From Gordius albopunctatus (Eukaryota), in assembly GCA_964276515.1 (NCBI GenBank), contig OZ193910.1:5704001-5768000 (forward strand): DNA of 64,000 nucleotides, written 5' to 3'. The notes beneath the pieces are model-generated. The model was not told where the DNA came from. It saw only the letters and a program-made list of their open reading frames with translations, and did no database searches. Position 1 is the stretch's first letter; every line of letters begins with the position of its first letter. The position numbers and the translations under genes were made by a program. Shown here piece after piece: positions 53,701 through 64,000 of this stretch.

Positions 53701-56700
53701 TATTATGGAAGAATTGACACGTTTACAAAACGTACATTTGCCCTTTGAACCCGATATGGATCTAGTAAACACACTTCGTCTGTCATTGGATATGCCTTAC
53801 ACAGAAGAAGAAATTTACGAGTTATCTTTAGCTAGAGAACCCAGGACCATATACACAAGTGAATATTCCCCTTTTACCTGTCCAAGTTCAACCAACTGCC
53901 AGCAATTTAAAAGCTTGGTAATCGTTTATTTCACATATAAAATAATGTTAATGATCTTCTATTTAGACTTCTGAGAGTTCTAGTTCTGGCGTTTCAAAAA
54001 GAAATTATTTAAGTAAGCACCAAGTTTTTGCCGAATGGGCAGCTGGAGCTAAACCAGCTCCAGATCCTGAAACTTTAAACCGACATATAGATGCAATGGT
54101 GGATGCTGTCTTCAAAAATTATGATACCGATAGAGATGGTTATATATCAGGAACTGAGTTTGATTCTATCACTGGGAATTTCCCATTCATAGACTCATTC
54201 GTAGTACTAGACGCCGACAGGTTATTAAAACTATTGTTAATTAATTTTTTTTAATATTAATATAGAGATGGCGTGATTAGCAAGGAAGAATTGAAGAATT
54301 ATTTTTACAGAGCCAACTGTCATGCTTTGCGCAGCGGGTTTAAACATGCATTTCAAGAAACAACATACTTCAAACTAACATTTTGCATACATTGCACGGG
54401 ACTTGTAAATATAATTTCATACGCTAAAACTCATGATTATTTAGCTATGGGGACTAATAAAACAAGGCTATCGTTGTAAAGGTAAAAATCAACATAAAAT
54501 TTTGTATACATTTTAGCGGAAGGGTTATTTGTAATTATTTTTTTTTCATTTTATAGACTTTTTGTTACATCTAGTCCTTACCCATAAACATTTCCTTATT
54601 ATTAGTTGTAATTTTAATAGTATATATTTTTAGATCTACAAAATATTTTGATTTGTCTATTCTCGTTAAACTTTGCAATTTAATAAAGGTTAATCACTCG
54701 GTTATAGATTTTTTTATACAAATTATTATTTGCACACAACTATTTTGTATGACAAATATTAATAATCGCACATAATATTAAAATTTTTTTATTGCGTTGC
54801 CAGTTTAACCTTTGAACCTTAGGCTTCCTCAAATAGCCATGTTTAAGGAAATTCGCTAAAATTTTTGTCCTAAGGTACTATAGCCTCACCAAATATAACT
54901 GTGCAGTAACGTAAATTTCTGACTTATACTTTCTTAAAATTAAGAGGTAGTCCATCTGAGAAGAACGATTTCCGCTGTTGAATGCTATTAGTTGATTAAA
55001 AATTCTTTTAACTCCTCGTCATAGCTTCAATATTTCTTTCCCTTCATCATTATTCGACCCATACACATTTTCTCCGTAGTAGTTATCCTATTCAGTTTTT
55101 ACCACTGTTGCTGTTCATATCCTCTCAAATTATAATTATCAAGGTTCTTGGTATATTTTAAAACTATTTGTCCAACTTCTCTCAAAAATCATCATTTCCT
55201 TCATCACTGTATTCAATTTCACCCATACATTCATTTTACTTCATTTTTATTGAATTTCTTTGTCTAGTATTTATTTTGTCCTTGAACGAGTTCCCTTTAA
55301 TTGTTATGCAATTCTTACCCCAGTTCCTTCTAAAGCCCTGTCTTGTTCTGTCCAACCTTATGCTAGGTCTAGGAAAATATGCTGTAACAATTCATAGTAA
55401 TAAATATTTGAACAAAAAATTAAATTTGAACCACAAAAGCAAAATAAAATTGCATTTGTTTTGGATTTCATTTTTATTATTTCTTAGTCTATGCACATTG
55501 GTATGTGTAGACAAGAAAATGACAGACTTTCATATCAATTTATATGCCAAAGCAGTTTAGATAGTGTTTGCTAAGTCTTATATAAAAAGACACGGAAAAA
55601 CGTTTAAAATAACCTCATAATTATTTAATTTTGAATATTTTATCCACTAATTGATAAACATGTCACTAAAGTCATTTCAACTCAGCAATGCGAATTTCGT
55701 TTATATTGGGGCTAACTAATAAATACGAATTTAACTGTTTGGACTTACATATTTATATATCCATAACCAATATAATGTGTTGGCAATATATTCTCCCATA
55801 ATTTGTCGTTTCAAGCCTGTCTTAAGCCAATTATTCGAAAATATAATCAAAATTAAACCCAATAGCAACATTTAGCAAAAAATAGGTTAAATATAATAAA
55901 TAATATTTAAAAACTCAGTATTAGATTAAATAATATGCACTTAAATTATACAGTAAAACATAATTTATTTTAAATTACTTTGGGTTATGTTTTTTATTAA
56001 TAGATTGTGGTATTAATGCACATAAGCATTGCAAGGATGTAGTGGTTTTAGAATGCCGTATAAAGCAACGTTCCTTAATAAATCCAGGTCGCTCTCTTTC
56101 ATTTGCTGGCCCAGGTATCAAAGTATTAATTTTACATTTTAATAATTATTTTAAAACGAGATCTTTAAATGCAAACCTCTTTCAAATATTATTTACAAAA
56201 TAAAATAATTATATTACTATACTTATTTTATTTTTTAGACGTAAAAACAATTTCAAAAAGAAAATTACAAGACCAAGATGGTCAAGCAAATGCTTTATTA
56301 AAAAACCCAGAAAATTATTCCGAACCTAACCACGAAAATGTTAAAGTAAAAATATCTGAAATGACTAAAAAAAGCTATAATCTAAATGGTTCAAAGTCGG
56401 ACAGCGCTTATGACACTACAAATTGCAATGCATCAAAAAATCGGTATTTCCATGAAGATCAATCGCGAAATATAAAATCAAAAGAAGAAAAGTACGAACT
56501 TTCAAATCCATCCTCTATAAAATCTAGAAAACTCAGTGAGCTGGAACTATTGAACAAAATTGGAGATCGACCCACGCTTACATCTACAAAGCCTTTGCTT
56601 AGAAAACAATCTGCTATTCGACCATTATACCATATAAATGATTTGAATATTAAAATTAAAGGGAGAAATATGGTTCGGAAAAGTAAAAACGATAAAATGA

Positions 56701-58991
56701 CTCAAACCGATATTGAAATTATATCAAGTCCTCAATTTATAGATCAATTTCCAAGTATAAAAAGTCAAAACTTCCATAAAGATGACAAATACCCGCACCC
56801 TAATCACAACCTACCAGCTCAAAACAATATTTTTTTTCCTTCAAACTTTGATCTAAAAAACAAAATTCAGCCTATGTTTCATTCCACATCTGAAACACCA
56901 TCTAGCTATTCAAACGGGATAAAAATATTAGTAAATTCAGCTCCAAACGAAGAGCTCATGAAACAACTTACTCCTTCATTTTCCAATAATTCTGTTCCAC
57001 TAAAGATCATTAAAAATCACACACTGCCAGAAGAGAATGAATCATATTACAATAATGCTCCTACACATTCAACACTCTTTCCCATAGCACATTCTAATAA
57101 TTCTTATCACAATGGGTCATCTTCCTCATTATCTTTTTCATCGCCAAAAACATCGCCAAACAATTTTCCTTTCAGATTGGCCACCGCGACAGAGAGCGGT
57201 CCGTCATCATTTTCTTCCGATGAGATATTTCTATTCACAGAAGATCATATTAATTCACCCGAAAATAATAATTTACAAAATGAAAAGATTGCAAAAGTGA
57301 AAAAGTTTGATACACCTAATAGAAACGTTAGCACACAATCTGAATTATATATTGGAATAAATAATATTAAAACAATACTATTTCCACGCCACTCGAATGC
57401 TATTAATCAGAATATATCGTTTCACTCTAAATGCGATAGCCCATCTACTCTTGTCAATAATTTAGACCATAACTTGGAGATAAATGCATTTAAAACAGAC
57501 AATGATAAAAGTGATAGAAAATTCAAACTGAATGAACCAGCTTTACCTTTGTCGACAAGTGAAAACTATGTACATGCAGTATTAACAAGTTCCAATGTTG
57601 ATAAAGCGAAAGCAACTTTCTCTACATTGATAAATAGCTTTTCTTCCAAAGCTAATGTAGCAGAAAAAAATGTATTGCCAAATACAAAAAGCCCTAATCC
57701 ATTGAGGTATACAAGTTTGTTTTTGTCGCGATCTTTTAGTAAAACTAACTTATTCAAAGGAAAATATAATGGCAACAAAAATCAGGATCAAATTTGTAAG
57801 AATGAAGATCATGAAATGGTTAGTAAGCTATACCGATTTGAATTTTGATAATTCGGCTATTTTTTATTGATTAGATAGCACCAAAAAATTGTCAAACGTC
57901 TTAAAGTTTATTCAAGCTTAATTATAATACATACCATTAAGTTTCTCATTAGATTTTAAAATCTAATTATTCATTGGTAGAGCTTTGGTGTGTTAGAGTT
58001 TATCCAAATTTTATAGTAAGGTTGTATGCCAATTTAAATAGGACGAACTTTCACATCAATATGATATCTAGTGTTCATCTTAAAAAAGGGTATATTATTA
58101 TTAACCTATGCTCAGGAAGGTAAAAGTGCATAGTTGTTTTAATATAAAATTCATCTTAAAGAATCAATGCACAAATACTGACTAAGATACTATTTAAAAA
58201 AGGCCTAAAATAAATTTTGTTTCAAGTAAGGATAATTATTTATATAAAATTACCTTATCTCACGCAATTTTAATTTGTTTATCATTGTTAATTAAACTAA
58301 TCAAACAATAAAATACTAATTTATTCAAAAAATATATATAAGAAGTGCGCAAGACATCTGTAGCAACTAGAGTTCGAATAAGCGCATTTTACACATAACA
58401 AAATAAGACTCTATTAAGCTATTTTGTGGTGGTATAAATTAAAAATTTCTTATCCTTTAGTTTTATTAAAATATATAATTCATTTCTGTCTATTCAAATT
58501 ATTGCACAAAGAAAATTCTTAATTATTATTCTCTTTATAAATCCTTTTATATTGGCTTAAATTTTTAACCATTTCCTGTTTGTGCAACATCATATCTTCG
58601 AAAGTATCAATTTTTTAAATATTTTATAAAGGACAGTTCGGCCCGCGTTGAAGAAAAAGTGTTGTCGGTCCTTGATTCTTCTTTAAACGATGCAAGAAAA
58701 GAAATTAAAGAACGTCCTTCAATGCGCATTAATGTGCCACGTGTAAATTCCGTAAATTTTATTCACACCGATGAAAGGCATCTTAAAAAACGTCCCTTTC
58801 CATTGTTTGGCAGTTACGATAAAATAGGGACAACATTAGGGCCTTCAACTAGTGAACTCAAAAACCAAGAATTAGTTCCCACAATTATAAACTCTGAGAG
58901 CGAAGAGATTCATCAAACTTTACATTCCCGGCATAAATATTCATACCCGAAATTCGGCATGATCCCGAGGACTGCTTATAGTGATTTCTAA
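47785..58991 (+). CDS. RASGRP: Ras guanyl-releasing protein (REM, CDC25 RasGEF, 2 EF-hands, C1 domain, long Ser/Asn-rich tail)
   Basis: Exons 47785-47902, 48098-48206, 50131-50244, 50300-50431, 51275-51431, 52629-52802, 52844-53917, 53967-54220, 54266-54404, 54445-54481, 56004-56114, 56239-57818, then 57875-57904 or 58632-58991; phases are consistent. Motifs PSYDWMR, RKVSLVF, NNFNTLMAVVGGL, PILGVHLKDL, DTDRDGYIS and a complete C1 His/Cys pattern. Last exon uncertain. Confidence 0.93.
48207..50130 (+). other. U12-type (minor spliceosome) AT-AC intron in RasGRP
   Basis: 5' splice site ATATCCTTT at 48207, branch site TTTCTTAAC at 50103-50111, 3' AC at 50129-50130. Splicing restores the reading frame (ENL/FEEK). 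Confidence 0.88.
48960..49345 (-). pseudogene. mariner (Mos1-like) transposase N-terminal relic inside the AT-AC intron
   Basis: Minus-strand LRTALI...KKSTAESHRML, GEH.LGKS, FKNGYFEV, AQTQ and TCEML resemble the Mos1 HTH region. Confidence 0.7.
51498..52130 (-). mobile_element. hAT relic (C-terminal domain + GCCCG-rich end) in a RasGRP intron
   Basis: Minus-strand YPKLAR...AIPATSAASERSFSIAGRLIEERRTRLSPE at ~51935-52100. Confidence 0.8.
54960..55360 (-). mobile_element. LINE endonuclease relic in a RasGRP intron
   Basis: Minus-strand YGSNNDEGKEILKL...LTNS resembles the APE segment of RTE/CR1-like elements. Confidence 0.4.
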
Positions 58992-59341
58992 TCTTAAAAC
59001 TGTGCTCCTGAATTATATTGTGATAATAATTTATTTATTATGTTTTTACTTATTTCTAATCCTATTTTTAAATTTGAATAAGTTGATTACATATTCTCAA
59101 AACTATGAATGATTTACATGTTTACAAATACTAACTTAAGGGGTTAAATAATAATTAGTGTCTGTAGAATTAAATTAAATTTGGTTGATCCCTTGCGCTG
59201 AATAATTTTTTAATTTAATCGTTAAACCCTTAAAATATTCTTATTGGTTAACAAGTTGTCCACAAATCATTGTGCATTTGTGTATCTAAATGTTTTGGAG
59301 CATAAAGTTCTATAGAATATGACTGTAAATTTTTATAAACA

Positions 59342-61196
59342 ATGTATTCTATAATTATCTGGTTAATAATATCAACGTCTCATGGCTATAACTATTATCC
59401 TCATCAAAAAATTCCAGATCATCAGACAGATAAATCAGTTGATGACAGTCTTAAGCACAGGATATGTAAGCATAAAGGTTCTTTACTTTTATTTTGTAAA
59501 GACGAAGAGATTTATGAGGACGAAGAAGATGATGTATTAAAAAGAGATTATACTCAAACCATGTCCTCAACACACAAATTCTATAACTCACAAATTTTGT
59601 CTGAGGTTGATATGGACAAAAATCAAATAATGGAGAAATGTCGCTACAATTACACATATTGTAATAAGGAACATAATTTTACACCTTTAAAACAATTCCA
59701 AAATAATACAGGTTATCAAAGTTCATCGCCCAGCTATATATGGATAAAAGTGGTTGAACTCACTCCATCTTTTAGGTACCATGTGGTTACCCGAACCAAT
59801 CGGTTGTATTTATTCGATTGTAATTGCGATAGTGAAGAAGGTGTGTATGCTTGCTATGAGCTACCAAATAAGTTCCCAGCCGAAACTATAGACTATGTGA
59901 AAAAGCCACAATCTTTATCTATAATAAAAATCATACACAACGTTTTAAAAGAAAAAATTTATAACAAAAAAAAAATTCCCTTGCAACATAAACGATACGC
60001 CAAACTACGAAAAACTAGAGATGAAAATGATTATGGTATTTTAATTTAAATGTCTTGATACTTAAAACATTAAACATAACCATGATGTTTGAAATTAAAA
60101 TATAACTTGATAATGGGGGTTTACAAGAGAATTTAAGGTATTAAAATTATATTCATTCACTTAAAACAAATACCATTTGTCGCATATTTAATTTTGTTTA
60201 AAACTTTTCTTACACTTGTTTATAGCCTTTCTGAGTGATATTCGTTTTAAAAGGACTCTATTGTGTTTTATTTTGGAGAAGTAATTAAATTCTTAATTAT
60301 ACAGGTCTACAAAAAAAGTATCCCACAATCGGACAAATATAGAGTATTTTACGCTGAACATTAATATGTTTTGAGTCTTTTCCCAAGTTGTCCATATCTT
60401 GTGACAAATGAGGTTAAAAGTAAAAAAATGGCATTTTTAACGTCTTTTGAGGCGATACTCTCAGGCCATTTTAAATTCATTTTATATAATACTTATCTAA
60501 TACTAAAGACCATTTATCGATCTACAAGTCGATAATTTTATTTTTTGTTCACCTCTACTTTTATTATTATAAGCTTTTATCTAAGCCCTTCCAGCTTTAA
60601 AATTCCTCCTATGTCGGGGAAAATGAGTAGATTAGAGTTTCTAATACATCTGCGATGTTTAACATTTCACTCTCTCTCCATCTCATCCACTCCGGACCCC
60701 TTTTTGTGTGCTTGGCTAGATATGGGGACGGGAGTTGAAGAGAAAGATAAAGGGAAGGGAGAATTGTAAGAGGGAATTATTGATGTATTTAAATGTGATA
60801 TAAAGCTTTAATTGTTTTTTATAACTCAATCACAAAATGCATATTTTTTATTTTTTGTATAAAAAAGAGGAAAACTATGACCACAGTCATGACTATTATA
60901 ATGATGATGACATGGAGGATTATAATTATGACAGCGAAGGCCATAATATTTTTGCGAAGCCAAAATTTACTACTCCCACACCAAGTTTGCATTCGATTCC
61001 GGTGAAGAGAGTTTTCGAAATTCGTGTTGACACTTGCCAAACTGATAGTCTATTTACAAAGTTATTCCTTTTTGTACTATTTTCTATACAGCTAATATGC
61101 ACACTCCTTTATTTTACATTTATAATATCTCAGATCTGTCCCAAAATATGTGCCGTACCAAGTCGTTGCTTAACCTTAATATTCAAACAAATATAA
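59342..61196 (+). CDS. Putative type I membrane protein with an interrupted Ig-like domain (~340 aa, 2 exons)
   Basis: Model join(59342..60035,60868..61196), phase 1, with a weak AAG acceptor. Signal-peptide-like N-terminus; Ig hallmarks GSLLLFC, YIWIK, LYL....DSEEGVYAC and VFEIRV; hydrophobic helix LFLFVLFSIQLICTLLYFTFII. Confidence 0.6.
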
Positions 61197-62486
61197 AAAG
61201 TCTTGTTAATAATATTTTATGTATAGGCCTGTTCGTTAACTTTATGGGTTTTAAGCTTAACAAAAAAAGGTTGAAAGAGAAACCTTAATTAAGCTAAATG
61301 TTATGATCACTTAAGACTACACTTGGATGATAATAATCAAAACTGTTCAGAACACTAAGATGTTTTACTAAGGAATTATAAAAAAGTGCGAAGCTAAAAT
61401 TAGTAAAAACTACATTTAAATTATATCCGGGAATTAAGGAAAAAAATATATACGTTTGATTGCTGGAAAATTTTAATCCCCGTTTTTAGCAATCTTTCTT
61501 TGTGATTATCAAAATCACGTTCAATGGGGGGCATGGAATATTTAAGTTCAATATGGGGAATGGAACATTGGCGTTAGTGGATTTAATTACAATGAGAGGG
61601 GAGAGAAAAGTGACCTTATTATAAAACAAATGAGTCCGGGTTTTTTTGAACAAAAAAATATATACTTATAAATTTTTTGACTGAATTTTAAGTTAAATAC
61701 ATCAACACCAAATGAATTTGGGTTTATCATAATTTAGACATATATGAGGCGATAAACGGGTTTATGGGTACCAACTAATGAGTCAATTATTAATTACGGA
61801 GGAATTATATATTTGTCGATATTAAATAAGCCGTGAAGCTATAATATTATTAATATGTTTGTACAATTGATTTTATAAAAGTGGGCAGAATATTCTGCTA
61901 GTAAATTGATTTAAGTTACAAAGGTGAATTTATGCATGCCAGGTTGCATCAACTGTGCAAAATTCAGTCCGCTTATTTTTTAAAGAAATCCTCTTAGACA
62001 TATTATTTTATTTTTTATTAGTGCAAAATAGACGCACCAAAGAAATATTAAGTTAAATTGTATAATAAAAATGCTTGGAAGATTTGTTCAAATTAAGAAA
62101 ATGATTTCAACATGGCAAAATTACCAATCTCCCTCTTTTTAAAAACGTTTAAATTCGCCATTTATGAAAGTGGTAAAGTGAGATCTTTATTGATTTTGCA
62201 GTTGATATTAACTAAAATTCTTAATAAATTTGTATAATTTTTAAATTTGTATGTAAAACAGAAAGCAAAACTTGTATATGAGGTCAATGCTACCCTAATT
62301 TTAAATTGATGACTCGTGCATTCTTTATAATTGCAATTTAAGGTTATATTTTCGGCTTAAAATTTTATAATGGATTAGGCTGCATTCCTTAAGTTTAAAT
62401 ACTAGTCACTGAATATTTACACCCTACATAATTGTAACCTAAATAAACATTAATTAATATTGAATGAATAAAACAATTAACTTTTT

Positions 62487-62672
<186 letters not shown>

Positions 62673-63190
62673 TTTATTATTATTAAGTTAAGATAATAAT
62701 AAATGCTTGAGGGGGCCTAAGGGGAAGGGGCCAGAATTTCGCTTGGGGGGAGGGGCTGCCTTTTTGGCCGCCACCTAGCTACGCAACTGTTTAGTCCCTG
62801 ACTAATTCAGCTAATCTAATAATGCACATTTATATATAAAATATATTAAACGCTATATTTAAACAGTGTATTTACCAAAAGGGAATACCTTACGCTTGTA
62901 TTATTAGGCTACTAAATATATAGGTGCCATTTCACACTAATCTTTTTCCAGAGTTGCCCTATTTAACCTTCTTAGTCATTACTTCAACAAATATATCAAG
63001 AGCCCATTGCTATTCATTAATTGTAGAAATATTAAAACACGATATATTATTGTATAAGTTTATAAAATAAAGCCAATAATGCATACATATACAATAATTT
63101 TTTTGGAAAAATAATCGACATTAGATTTTACGTATCAACAACGAGTTAACTCTTCATATTTTAAAATTAGTCTATATTTTTGAAAAGAAC

Positions 63191-64000
63191 ATGAGGACCC
63201 GTAGGTCTAAAATAAACGAACCTAAAGGTAATTTAATTATATGCCTTTATAAAATATAGTTATAGAGGAAGAAGTTAAAGTTGAAGATATCAGATCGGAA
63301 TTAACCTCTCCCTTAAAAAAACGCAGAAGCCGCATAAAATCTAATGAATTTGATAACAAAGATTTAAATTTAATACCTGAAAGCATAACCGTCAATAAAG
63401 ATTTATCGGTAACTAATATGGAAGTTCAAGAAGAAAAGGCTACCATTGAATCTGAATCAACTTCATGTATACTATAGGCTAATTTATATTAATTCCAATT
63501 TTAGTAAATGTAGAATGTAATGTTAGTGAATTAAAACCAGAAATCACAAATCATGAAACAAATAATGATTCAAATTTTTTGCAAGATCAAGATTCTAATG
63601 CTGATTTGCTTATAAATGAAGATACACCTAATGATTTATTAATTAATAACAAACCTTTAAGTCCATCAGAGGACACTATTAAAATAAATTCTATTGTAGA
63701 CATAGTTCCATGTGAAGAAGATTTTCAACCTAACTTTGAAGGTGATGAAGAATTTGAACCGGAAGACACCCAAAAGTATATAATATATCCCAACTAAGAT
63801 AATCTACTTATTAATTTTTGATAAATATAGATCTAAACCAAACATTATAAATGAAGAATTTAAGATTGATATTGGACTAAGCTCAGACATTGATACTATT
63901 AATATAATACCTGATGAGAATAATTTAAATAATAAAGATGAAATTATATCTAATAAAAAAGGTATTGTAACTTCATTATTATTCTTAGTTAAACTAATTC
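63191..64000 (+). CDS. 5' part of a multi-exon gene for an acidic, low-complexity, probably nuclear protein (continues beyond window)
   Basis: Exons 63191-63227, ~63266-63466, 63505-63775 and 63831-63961, joined by phase-consistent 38-55 bp GT-AG introns. Starts MRTRRSK and contains NLS-like PLKKRRSR. No family recognised. Confidence 0.6.

Overview
AT-rich, transposon-dense eukaryotic (invertebrate animal) genomic DNA with many ~38-55 bp introns. Host genes reconstructed by hand: a 5-exon Q50 paired-like homeobox gene (minus, 8571-14336), an intronless giant/CES-2-like PAR-bZIP gene (26207-27559), a multi-exon RasGRP gene (47785 to 57904 or 58991) with a U12-type AT-AC intron, a probable Ig-domain type I membrane protein (59342-61196), and the 5' part of an unknown acidic protein gene (63191 to the window end). 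The rest is nested mobile DNA: RTE LINEs, a CRE-clade LINE, hAT elements and MITEs with 8-bp TSDs, a Helitron, a mariner relic, and two nested Helentron-type (DINE-1/HINE-like) elements carrying a higher-order satellite. The standout is a decayed ~2.8 kb retroelement (3322 to ~6135). Its RT and RNase H motifs closely resemble hepadnavirus polymerase. It has a gag/core-like ORF, 34-bp direct repeats 2680 bp apart, and no recognisable integrase, tyrosine recombinase or endonuclease. All family calls come from motif recognition by eye; no database searches were run.
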